A stretch of 62,748 nt of DNA from Minisyncoccia bacterium (GTDB taxonomy: Bacteria; Patescibacteriota; Minisyncoccia; Phycocordibacterales; UBA9973), in assembly GCA_049287305.1 (NCBI GenBank), contig JBAQFO010000003.1, forward strand, positions 1 through 62,748, written 5' to 3'. Shown here piece by piece: positions 9,843 through 17,948 of the stretch. Position numbers and translations under genes: made by a program. Numbering within the stretch: position 1 is the stretch's first letter; every line of letters starts with the position of its first letter. Below the pieces are notes generated by a model. The model made no database searches, had not been told where the DNA came from, and worked only from the letters and a program-made list of their open reading frames with translations.

Positions 9843-10145
9843 TTATGCCGCCTGCGCTTCTGCCTCATTTTTATTTACTTCCTTCCTTTTCAATATTTTA
9901 ACAATAAGCTTTGCGGCTTCTTCGAGTTGACCCGACATTATCAAATCATGAATATTTTTATTTTTAGGGTCATCTATCATTGCGCTGACAGTTTTAAACC
10001 GCGCCATAGTTTTTGCAAGCCATGCGTCATCTTTTTCATGTGCATCCCCTTCCCCTAGCAACTCCGCAACACGAAATTGTATGAGATTTCTGTCTTCAAG
10101 TGCGATTCTTCCAATATTGTCTGAAGGTCCTGTTTCGTGGCTCAT
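9843..10145 (-). CDS. Hypothetical protein
   Basis: 100-aa ORF. The minus strand carries TTGACA, a 19-nt spacer and TGGTATAAT just upstream (10152-10182), so the mRNA may be nearly leaderless. Confidence 0.5.
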   Translation of the reverse strand: MSHETGPSDNIGRIALEDRNLIQFRVAELLGEGDAHEKDDAWLAKTMARFKTVSAMIDDPKNKNIHDLIMSGQLEEAAKLIVKILKRKEVNKNEAEAQAA

Positions 10146-10243
10146 TTATTTATTATACCATGGCTTTTACCAAGCCTGTCAATATTCTCATATATTACAT
10201 AGTTTTCCCAAAACCTTTACCTTCCCCTTAATCAAGCTCTCAC

Positions 10244-10273
10244 CTATCCACTTTACTTAACTAAAGTGGATAG
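10244..10273. repeat. Hairpin palindrome family, copy B (perfect)
   Basis: CTATCCACTTTA-CTTAAC-TAAAGTGGATAG, with 12-bp perfect arms. Confidence 0.85.
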
Positions 10274-10369
10274 GGGGAAAAGTTGTAATGGTGAGGGTTG
10301 TGTTAGTGATGGTTGTGGTAGTTAGAGTTATGATACTTGTGATTGTTAAAGTTGAGGTTAGATGGGTAG

Positions 10370-10624
10370 TTACTTGTTTTTATTATTTTTTATTAAAACC
10401 AATTTCTGGGCTCGGGTGAGGGCTTTGATGCGGGCTTCTTCGGTTGAGGCCTTGGACCTATTTTTAAATCTTTTGGAAAAGACGATCTTAACAGGTCGGC
10501 GGGAATTGGTATATTTTGCGCCCAGCTTGGAGCTGTTGTGTTCCACCAACCTCCGCTTTAAATCGGTAGTAATCCCGGTGTATAAAGTCTTATCCGCGCA
10601 TTTTAAAATATATAAATAATACAT
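10370..10624 (-). CDS. GIY-YIG nuclease family protein (UPF0213-like)
   Basis: YYLYILKCADKTLYTGITTDLKRRLVEHN. Confidence 0.8.
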   Translation of the reverse strand: MYYLYILKCADKTLYTGITTDLKRRLVEHNSSKLGAKYTNSRRPVKIVFSKRFKNRSKASTEEARIKALTRAQKLVLIKNNKNK

Positions 10625-10626
10625 GA

Positions 10627-11124
10627 TTACCGTATGCCTGTGTCACAAGACATTTCTGTTTTTGTATACTTTCCGCTTTTCACTTCTACTGTTAGCTCGT
10701 TACATCTCGGGAAAATACCTTCATTTTCTGCACGCAAAATATATGAGCCCGGAACCAAGTCTACACTAAATTCGCCCCTGGCGTCGCTTTCTATTGTTTT
10801 TATTATTTTTGTATCACCTTCTTTAATGATGTTAATAGAGGTTGAGTAAGGCCTAGGCTCACAGCCTGGCTCCTGAGGTATGCGTTCTACCGGACAAGTC
10901 GGGCTAGTGGTAACTATTCCGGTGACACCGCTTTTGGCATCGGTTTTGGGTGGGTTTTCTTTTTCGTCCTGCGGCTCCGGCACGACATACGACACTTCCG
11001 TATATTTGTCTGGTGAATTTAATATTATATAGTTAACGACTCTTGCTACCCAAAATTTTTGCGTAAAGATTAAGCCGAGTCCAGCTATGATTAAAATCAG
11101 TAGCGCTATACGAATTGTTTTCAT
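10627..11124 (-). CDS. Secreted protein with carboxypeptidase-regulatory-like beta domain
   Basis: N-terminal transmembrane/signal segment. DARGEFSVDLVPGSYILRAE is a CarboxypepD_reg-type strand pattern. Confidence 0.45.
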   Translation of the reverse strand: MKTIRIALLILIIAGLGLIFTQKFWVARVVNYIILNSPDKYTEVSYVVPEPQDEKENPPKTDAKSGVTGIVTTSPTCPVERIPQEPGCEPRPYSTSINIIKEGDTKIIKTIESDARGEFSVDLVPGSYILRAENEGIFPRCNELTVEVKSGKYTKTEMSCDTGIR

Positions 11125-11210
11125 CCTTTCATTATACTACTTCTGTTTTAAAAAATAACCCGAACCAAAAGGATGTTGTTGATTGAGCGATAATTTGATA
11201 CGCTGGAAAC

Positions 11211-11480
11211 ATGAAAGAAATACTGGGAGGAAAAATTTCACAAAATATAGCTCAGAATTCGGGCACGAGAAATTTAGAAAACTTTAACCGCTATGCTAGA
11301 AATATTCGACTTGGCACCACCTGCACTGTCCGGGATATAGAGTTGGCGTTTAACGTAAACTGGGGACCCGCGCTTGAAGAGAAGCTGAAAAAGCGGTTCG
11401 AATATACCCGCGACGGAGAAGACAATTTTGTTTTCACTAAAGATAATGGGCCACAAAAATCCGGAAAGCCAAGGGAATAA
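11211..11480 (+). CDS. Hypothetical protein
   Basis: 89-aa ORF that is the only plus-strand ORF locally. No motif was recognised. Confidence 0.4.
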   Translation: MKEILGGKISQNIAQNSGTRNLENFNRYARNIRLGTTCTVRDIELAFNVNWGPALEEKLKKRFEYTRDGEDNFVFTKDNGPQKSGKPRE

Positions 11481-12311
11481 CTAGGGGCAGTTGAGGGCTT
11501 TGCGCCAGCCGGCGTTGAGGGCTTCGGTTTCGGAGCAGAACATTTTTTCTCCTTTGCTTTCGTCTATCACCGTCTTCGAATATGACCCGCAGCCTTCCAC
11601 GTGATAAATCTTCTCCCCGCTTGAGCTGATGTTCCCTTTTATGTTGCAGGAAGAGCCGGATGACGAGGTGGAAGTTGTTGATGCTGGTGGAGTTGTTGTT
11701 GTGGAAGAAGTCGTGGAAGAATCTTTCGTCGGACAGGCGCTCCACAGTCCCCGCTTGGCGCTTTCCGCTTCTTGTTGAGCTTTCAAAATTTGTGCCTGTC
11801 GTGATATATCTGGCGGATAGGAATATGAATACGCGAATCCTTGCTTGACCATTTCCACGTTTATAAAGCTATCACCTATGTAAATATAACGAAGAAGTCT
11901 GCCATATCTGTCTTTGTCGGTAACATCTTTCTCCATTCGCACCACCTTCCCTTCCACAAGTTCTTTATTTTTCTTGGAAGCCTCGGCGCCGAAACATTGC
12001 ACGGGTTTGCGCGGAGACACGGTCTCGGGGGTATCTATGCCTATGTATCGCACTTTCTGCCCGCCTTCAATCTCCACCGTGTCTCCGTCTATTACTCTGA
12101 CTACCTTTGCTGTTTCAAATTTTAAATCGCTTGTTCCTGTCGTTTCGCCTGCCACGGGAACCGCAGGATCAGCTAGCGTCTCCACGCTTTCTCTGGCGAC
12201 AAAAGGTGCTTCCACTATATCCGTTTTTGCCACGTCCTCGGAGCCTCCTATGCTTATCCCAATCAAAAGCATCAAAAACCCGAACAGAACCCATTTGGTA
12301 AGTTTTGTCAT
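11481..12311 (-). CDS. Thermonuclease (SNase) family protein with a C-terminal cysteine-containing domain
   Basis: VVRVIDGDTVEI...VRYIGIDTPE SNase motifs. An S/T-rich linker precedes CNIKGNISSSGEKIYHVEGC...FCSETEALNAGWRK (sunset-like domain). Confidence 0.8.
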   Translation of the reverse strand: MTKLTKWVLFGFLMLLIGISIGGSEDVAKTDIVEAPFVARESVETLADPAVPVAGETTGTSDLKFETAKVVRVIDGDTVEIEGGQKVRYIGIDTPETVSPRKPVQCFGAEASKKNKELVEGKVVRMEKDVTDKDRYGRLLRYIYIGDSFINVEMVKQGFAYSYSYPPDISRQAQILKAQQEAESAKRGLWSACPTKDSSTTSSTTTTPPASTTSTSSSGSSCNIKGNISSSGEKIYHVEGCGSYSKTVIDESKGEKMFCSETEALNAGWRKALNCP

Positions 12312-12387
12312 TACTCCGTATTATAAAACTTTAGGTCACACTTGACCATCTTGGTTTATTACTCTTTGGCTGAGTTTGCTTGAATTA

Positions 12388-13584
12388 TTATTTACTCAAT
12401 ACGTTCCACACCGCAGGGTCTTCTTCACCATCTATTTTAAATATGGCCACGCCCTTGAGCCCGAGCTCTTGCGCTAGTTTTACTTTATCTTCTATTGCTT
12501 TAGAATCGCTCCATCTTATGAAATTGAAAGTTGTGGTTTGGCCCGTCTTGTTGGCATAGGCTAGAGCCTTTTGAGCTATCATGTCGCCCTCCGAAGTCCC
12601 CGCAGGCACGGTGAGTCCAGGTAGTGCAGCGATAAGAGCATTCCTCTCCGCGGTGCCATTTACGGGCAAGTAAGAAAAGCTAAGCTCCCCGGCTTTGTCC
12701 CGAAGCGGAGTGATGTCATAGGTCGCGGCCACATCCGTGGCATAAACATGATTTAAGGATTGAACCTTTTTATAATCCTTGAACCTGTTGGGTGAAACGG
12801 TCACTATATATTCTTGTCCGTAAGTAGCCACGCCGAGCATAATCTTTTTCTTCGGAATATCTTTCATGGCAAGCTCCGCCACTTTTCGGACCCAGTCTTT
12901 GTCGGCTACGGGAATATATGGAGACCCGGCTTTGGCGTCATTTAATTTTATGTCCGCCCGCCCTTGGTCATAGGCCATGATTTCCACTTCATCGCAATGT
13001 TTACCTATGGCTTTGAAGTCATTCGCGTATTGGATATCTGTCGGCACTACCCTATACAAAGAGTCGGGCGGGGTTCGCGCTTCTATGGCGCAAGAGAGAA
13101 TTTTGTTCTTACCCAATTCTTTTTTCAGTTCTTTCAAGAAAGTAGCAAAATCACTTTTGGTTTCGGCAAGCTTCGCCTCATAGTCTATATTCACGCCATC
13201 AAACTTTTCTTTCTTTACCATGTCCATTATGGCCTTGATATGCTTCTTGCGGAGAGTTTTATCGCTTAGGATGCGCTCAATGTCGGCTCCCTGTGACCAC
13301 ATGACCGTGGGCAATATATCCACATCTTTCTTTCTAGCCAGTTTAAAAAGGTTCTGCCAAGCGGTCTTCGCTGTTTTATCTGTCGCGTTTTTGCTTACTT
13401 TAGCCAAATCGTTCAGTGTCCCGTCTGCTTTTACCGAATATCCGAAAGGATGAAGAGTGTCGAGTGTGTCCAAATGATTCTCCGCATCTTTTGCCCCAGC
13501 GACAATAGTCCAATAAGGAATCCAGCCGGAAATTTCAAGTTCCTTGGAATTGTTTGTCTCAGCCGCCAGCGCCCACCCAAGCAA
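12388..13584 (-). CDS. Glycoside hydrolase family 18 protein (chitinase/YaaH-like)
   Basis: FDGVNIDYE catalytic motif. The ORF opens at a TTG only 8 codons before an ALA|AE-like site and overlaps the 3' end of the DUF262 gene. Confidence 0.75.
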   Translation of the reverse strand: MLGWALAAETNNSKELEISGWIPYWTIVAGAKDAENHLDTLDTLHPFGYSVKADGTLNDLAKVSKNATDKTAKTAWQNLFKLARKKDVDILPTVMWSQGADIERILSDKTLRKKHIKAIMDMVKKEKFDGVNIDYEAKLAETKSDFATFLKELKKELGKNKILSCAIEARTPPDSLYRVVPTDIQYANDFKAIGKHCDEVEIMAYDQGRADIKLNDAKAGSPYIPVADKDWVRKVAELAMKDIPKKKIMLGVATYGQEYIVTVSPNRFKDYKKVQSLNHVYATDVAATYDITPLRDKAGELSFSYLPVNGTAERNALIAALPGLTVPAGTSEGDMIAQKALAYANKTGQTTTFNFIRWSDSKAIEDKVKLAQELGLKGVAIFKIDGEEDPAVWNVLSK

Positions 13585-14263
13585 TTACATTTTGGAAATA
13601 TTTCCATAATTCTTCGGCACTCGCGTCATGTTGATGCTTAGCCATGTAATCTTCTATTTTTCCGTCGTTGATCCACGAAAGCGCTGCTTCTAAGTAATCT
13701 TGACGAATCACGGACCCAGTTAAGTAATCACTTCCTATGTTATAAGCTGGGCAATTAGATTTACTAAAATGCCTTTTTGCATCAGTAAGCCACTCTCCTG
13801 TGTAAATAGCATTCCGGAGCTCTTGATCTGCAAGCTTTAATCCCGCAATATTTATAGTTTTAAACCAGTCCAATTTTTCTTTGTCATCACCCTCACAAAA
13901 ATACACCATTAATTTATAATTAAGAATTTGGTTTTTTTCAGTTTCCTCAAGATTGTGAAAATACTGAAAATTAAGTGAGAAATTACCTGCCACATATTCA
14001 CAAATACTTATAGTTCTCTGTTGCCCATCCATTACTTCAAAAGTGCCATCTTCATTTTTAGCCCAATACATTACATTTAACGGAAAATTTTTTCTAGTAG
14101 TTTCAATAACTGCATCTCTTTGCTTATCTTTGTAAACGAATTCACGCTGATATTTTGGACGAATATTCAATCTTCCCCCATAGCCAACAACCCCTTCTTC
14201 GTTGTTGTTTATATATTTATTTGAAATTTCTTTAATTGTAATTTCTTTTAGTTGTATTTTCAT
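13559..14263 (-). CDS. DUF262 (ParB/GmrSD N-terminal-like) domain protein with no DUF1524/HNH half
   Basis: MDGQQRT motif and IRPKYQREFVY N-terminal motif. 234 aa. Confidence 0.75.
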   Translation of the reverse strand: MKIQLKEITIKEISNKYINNNEEGVVGYGGRLNIRPKYQREFVYKDKQRDAVIETTRKNFPLNVMYWAKNEDGTFEVMDGQQRTISICEYVAGNFSLNFQYFHNLEETEKNQILNYKLMVYFCEGDDKEKLDWFKTINIAGLKLADQELRNAIYTGEWLTDAKRHFSKSNCPAYNIGSDYLTGSVIRQDYLEAALSWINDGKIEDYMAKHQHDASAEELWKYFQNVIAWVGAGG

Positions 14264-14273
14264 TAGTTATTTT

Positions 14274-15257
14274 CTATATTCTCTTATTTTTAATAACAAC
14301 TCTAACATAACAAGGCTTTCCTTTGATTTGCGCTAAATACTTCCCCCTTGTTTCATTAGTTGGTCCAGACAAAATACTATAACGATTAAGTCCGTCTAAA
14401 ATTTCAAATTGATCAGGACTATACTTATCTAAAAATGTAATTGGGACACCAATCGCTTCTTTGTAGTCCATGGGGATATCCTTTGTTTTATCAACATTTA
14501 TAGCATCAAAGTGGTCATATTTAAGATATTCGTTCTCGTGCCCATAATACTTTCTATAAAGAATTAAATCGTCGTGGCGTTCCTTGTAATCTAGATTAGT
14601 AAACCAGCGAACACCGTTAACTCTTACGTATTGGTCACCTTTTTCATCTATTCTTTTACTAGGAGAATGCACAATATAATGTAAAGGTACTCTGAATTCT
14701 CTATCCCCGCTATGTATACTTTGCCCCAACCAAATTTTATTATCTTTTATTAGTTTAAAAATTTCTTTATAGGTAATAGCATTTTGGTTCCCAATAATTA
14801 TAAATTTCTTATTGTATTCAAATAGTTGCGCTACATACTCTCTAAATAAAGAGAAGGGAGGATTGGTAACAACTATGTCTGCCTCTTTTAAGATTTCCAC
14901 ACACTCAGGACTCCTAAAATCACCATTTTGTTTTAGGGGAGTCTTGACTGTATCTAATTTGTTTATCTTCCCATCTTTATTCATATCTTTCGTAATCTCT
15001 AATTTATATGATGGCTTTTCTGTTTCATAATGTGTAGAGATTAACTTTTTTAATCCAAGGTGTTCAAAGTTATCGGCAAAATATTTCCAAAAATGACTTT
15101 CCTCTGGGTCATCGCAATTACAAAATATAACTTTATTTTTCAGGTGGTTTTTGTAGTTCTTTAATTCTTTTTCAATATCAGAGAGTTGTGTGTAAAACTC
15201 GTCATTCTTGGCGGCGTCTGCTTTGCGTAAATTTTTATTTGATGATCTGTTGGCCAT
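14274..15257 (-). CDS. N6-adenine DNA methyltransferase, EcoRI-methylase family
   Basis: DEFYTQLSDIEKEL near the N-terminus and the IVVTNPPFS catalytic motif. The ATG at 15257 overlaps the upstream stop (TAATG). Confidence 0.8.
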   Translation of the reverse strand: MANRSSNKNLRKADAAKNDEFYTQLSDIEKELKNYKNHLKNKVIFCNCDDPEESHFWKYFADNFEHLGLKKLISTHYETEKPSYKLEITKDMNKDGKINKLDTVKTPLKQNGDFRSPECVEILKEADIVVTNPPFSLFREYVAQLFEYNKKFIIIGNQNAITYKEIFKLIKDNKIWLGQSIHSGDREFRVPLHYIVHSPSKRIDEKGDQYVRVNGVRWFTNLDYKERHDDLILYRKYYGHENEYLKYDHFDAINVDKTKDIPMDYKEAIGVPITFLDKYSPDQFEILDGLNRYSILSGPTNETRGKYLAQIKGKPCYVRVVIKNKRI

Positions 15258-15433
15258 TATTTCTTCCAATCCTTAACAACTAAAGTTTTGCCTTTGGAAG
15301 ATACGACGACCTTTTGCCCTTCCCTCCATTTGAACTTGCGGACTAAATCTATCGGCAACGTAACAGCAAGTGAAGCTTTGCCTACTTTTGTTATCTTTCT
15401 TATATTTGTTTGTCCGATTTTGCGGGTAGGCAT
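15257..15433 (-). CDS. AbrB/MazE/SpoVT-family DNA-binding protein, 58 aa (not in the ORF track)
   Basis: My own minus-strand translation is MPTRKIGQTNIRKITKVGKASLAVTLPIDLVRKFKWREGQKVVVSSKGKTLVVKDWKK. It shows the classic swapped-hairpin motif (VGKASLAVTLP...GQKVVV). Confidence 0.7.
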   Translation of the reverse strand: MPTRKIGQTNIRKITKVGKASLAVTLPIDLVRKFKWREGQKVVVSSKGKTLVVKDWKK

Positions 15434-15439
15434 GTAAGT

Positions 15440-15459
15440 AATGTATTACGTACATTCTA
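15440..15459 (-). promoter_or_regulatory. Inverted repeat overlapping the -10 box of the AbrB-methylase operon (candidate operator)
   Basis: AATGTA (15440-15445), 5 nt, then TACATT (15451-15456). The minus-strand -10 box TAGAAT lies at 15459-15454. Confidence 0.4.
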
Positions 15460-15508
15460 TCCCTAAAAGAACCAAAAAACAAACCCTTTTTATACAACAC
15501 ATCCAACT

Positions 15509-15536
15509 TTGATAGGAGCAGAAATTAGTGTACAAT
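15509..15536 (+). promoter_or_regulatory. Promoter of the second methyltransferase
   Basis: TTGATA (15509-15514), a 16-nt spacer, then TACAAT (15531-15536), 25 nt before the ATG at 15562. Confidence 0.55.
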
Positions 15537-15561
15537 ATGGGCAGGAAGTCAAAAATCTCAG

Positions 15562-16707
15562 ATGAAAAAGCAAACCACCAAAAGCAAACAAGAAATTTTA
15601 GGGCAATATTTCACGAAAACTGAAGTGGTAGACAAGCTGCTTAACATTCTTTTTACCTATAAAAAATATAGTAAGAAATCTTCGCTTCTGGAACCTTCTT
15701 TCGGAACAGGTAATTTTATTAAAAACCTCAAAAAAAGAGGCTTCCAGAACATAGAGGGATATGAAATTGACCCAGAGCTAACGAAGGACCCGGTGGACTT
15801 TTTCACTGTGCCGACCAAGCACAAGTTTGATTTAATAGTTGGCAATCCCCCTTTCACCAAATATAACCTTGAGGAAAGCTACTATCACGCTTCCCAATAC
15901 CTCTTATCCGAAGTGAGCCCCTTGGACTATCTGAGTTCAAAAGATATAAAAAGCGACAAGCAAAAAATCGAGAACGCTTTCCTATTAAAATCCCTGAAGC
16001 ATCTGAAAAATGACGAATCCAGCATTGCGTTCATTCTCCCCGTTTCTTTTTTCATCAAAAACAAAAACAAAGACCTGAAAGAAAAGCTACTAACCAAATT
16101 TTCAACTATTATCATTTACCAAAACGACCAAGTCTGGTTCGATAGAAACATTCCTTGCTGTTTTGCTATTTTTTCCAACATTAAAAGCTTTAAAAATAAA
16201 ATTGTCGTCCTTTACGAAAACGGAAACAAGGGCGAAGACATTTTTGATATTTCCAACATTCACGAAGAGCTCATCCCCCAGGTAATCTTTAACAAAAATC
16301 ACGGACTTATCAATAACGAAAGAGGAGTCCCTTTACGGGAATATCTAGCGGAAAAGAATATTAAGGCCAAGAAATCATTTAGCCACAACAGCGTTTCGGC
16401 TAAAAATATCCTAGCCATGAGCAAAATCCCAAAGGAATCCAATATTTCCGATTACAAAATGGCCGTAGTGAGGGTGGGTAACTCAAGCGTCGGAAAATGC
16501 GGACTGGTAAACATAAAAGAAGACGTGTTGAACGACATGTTTTACGTTTTTGATTTTAAAGCAGAATATAATCAGAATAAAAGGCTGAAAGAAGAAATCT
16601 GCAAGAGCATAAACAAGAACATAGATTATTTCAAAAATATCACTTGCCGAGTAGGCAGTAAATCCATAAAGAAAGAAAACGTATACGACTTCAGGGTGGA
16701 AATCTAG
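15562..16707 (+). CDS. N6-adenine DNA methyltransferase, gamma class (TaqI/Eco57I-like)
   Basis: Motif I LEPSFGTGNF precedes motif IV VGNPPFTKY. The C-terminal ~180 aa would be the target-recognition domain. Confidence 0.8.
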   Translation: MKKQTTKSKQEILGQYFTKTEVVDKLLNILFTYKKYSKKSSLLEPSFGTGNFIKNLKKRGFQNIEGYEIDPELTKDPVDFFTVPTKHKFDLIVGNPPFTKYNLEESYYHASQYLLSEVSPLDYLSSKDIKSDKQKIENAFLLKSLKHLKNDESSIAFILPVSFFIKNKNKDLKEKLLTKFSTIIIYQNDQVWFDRNIPCCFAIFSNIKSFKNKIVVLYENGNKGEDIFDISNIHEELIPQVIFNKNHGLINNERGVPLREYLAEKNIKAKKSFSHNSVSAKNILAMSKIPKESNISDYKMAVVRVGNSSVGKCGLVNIKEDVLNDMFYVFDFKAEYNQNKRLKEEICKSINKNIDYFKNITCRVGSKSIKKENVYDFRVEI

Positions 16708-16717
16708 CTTTTTATTG

Positions 16718-17389
16718 CTAGCTTAGTAATAAAATCAAATCATCCCTGTGGTCTACCGACGAGCATGCGAGGGCTTTGGCAATTTCTATGATTGTGTGAC
16801 TTGAAGGTGCCCAATGACATTTTGCTCCCGAACCCAAAGGGGTATTGGTTTGAATATTATTGGCTACGTTTCTCAATGCTATGTTGGGGTTATTAACGCC
16901 AATCAGCACAAACATGTGCGCTGCCAAAGTAAAATCCCCAATTTTAAATGTAATTTTTACCTGGAGATTTGGATCTATGTTCTTTTCGAAAGAGTAGAAA
17001 ATTTCTTCATATTTGAAAACGGCGAAATCGTCTACTCTTTGTTCCAGCTCCTCTTTTTGCGCTTTCCTGCTGTAAAATTCGGAGTCTTTGAGCGAAGTTT
17101 TTATTTCGCTTAATTCTTTTTTGAGCTCAACTATTTCTTCCGGGGTAAGTTTTTGAGTTATCAGCTGAGACAGCTCGGCGTTCGTAATCATCCACTCTAT
17201 ATAGTGAGTGCTGAAATCAATGTTTTGAGAAGAAGGTTTAGAAATATGATTCCCGTGATTATCACAGATTCTGACACTACTGCGAGCAGAGGTTAGCTTC
17301 AGGTCCACTTCCCCGTTTGATATGGAAACCGTGGGAAATTTATTTAGTAAAAGTTCTTGAACCATGTTTAATATTTTGATTTGACTCAT
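16718..17389 (-). CDS. Hypothetical protein, a positional candidate for the cognate restriction endonuclease
   Basis: 223 aa, convergent with and 10 nt from the methyltransferase stop. A central coiled-coil-like segment is present. No nuclease motif was recognised. Confidence 0.5.
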   Translation of the reverse strand: MSQIKILNMVQELLLNKFPTVSISNGEVDLKLTSARSSVRICDNHGNHISKPSSQNIDFSTHYIEWMITNAELSQLITQKLTPEEIVELKKELSEIKTSLKDSEFYSRKAQKEELEQRVDDFAVFKYEEIFYSFEKNIDPNLQVKITFKIGDFTLAAHMFVLIGVNNPNIALRNVANNIQTNTPLGSGAKCHWAPSSHTIIEIAKALACSSVDHRDDLILLLS

Positions 17390-17464
17390 AATTTTACCAC
17401 CTTACTTCACCTGAACCCCAAACTCAATCACCCCTCCTTCACTCTCTTCTGCTTCACCACCCAG

Positions 17465-17484
17465 CCACTTTAGTTTAGTAAAGT
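17465..17484. repeat. Hairpin palindrome family, degenerate copy C
   Basis: CCACTTTA-GTTTAG-TAAAGT. The inner 6-bp arms pair. Confidence 0.5.
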
Positions 17485-17499
17485 AATTATTTAAAAAAA

Positions 17500-17817
17500 T
17501 TATTCCTTTATTATCTCAAACGTGAGTCTCTGGGCGTCAGGATGAATTGGCATTTTTAAGGCTTCCATTACATGGTCAGCGGGAAGTAGTCTATTTCTTG
17601 CACTGTCTGTACTGCTTATTCTGGGAGGCATCTCATATAAAATGGATCCGCCTAACTGAATGACCCCTTCATTGAACGGATTTTCCGTATCGGGAATGAC
17701 GATCGCTGGTCCGTTGACGCGGTCATCATTCCATTTCACTTGTCCAATTTTCGAAGAACCGCCCGGGAAGTGAACTCGAACGCGTATGTCGGCTCCTGGC
17801 CCAGCATTACCTACCAA
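17500..17817 (-). CDS. Hypothetical protein (TTG start)
   Basis: 105 aa. GGAG lies 7 nt upstream of the TTG. TTGAGT, a 17-nt spacer and TAGAAT lie on the minus strand at ~17918-17946. Confidence 0.5.
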   Translation of the reverse strand: MVGNAGPGADIRVRVHFPGGSSKIGQVKWNDDRVNGPAIVIPDTENPFNEGVIQLGGSILYEMPPRISSTDSARNRLLPADHVMEALKMPIHPDAQRLTFEIIKE

Positions 17818-17948
17818 CTCGATGCTCCAATCCGCTGGGGTTCCCCTCTTTGCGAATCCGGTGTTTTTATTTTCATGTCTATAGTTATAATTTATTAATA
17901 TTTTGGCTTAACTTTTTTATTCTACCCCAACCAACCTTCTAACTCAAT

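Noticed and set aside
15273-15506. The 77-aa minus-strand ORF listed in the track.
   Set aside because: It has no recognisable features. A different frame over the same DNA gives a textbook AbrB/SpoVT domain that is translationally coupled to the methylase.
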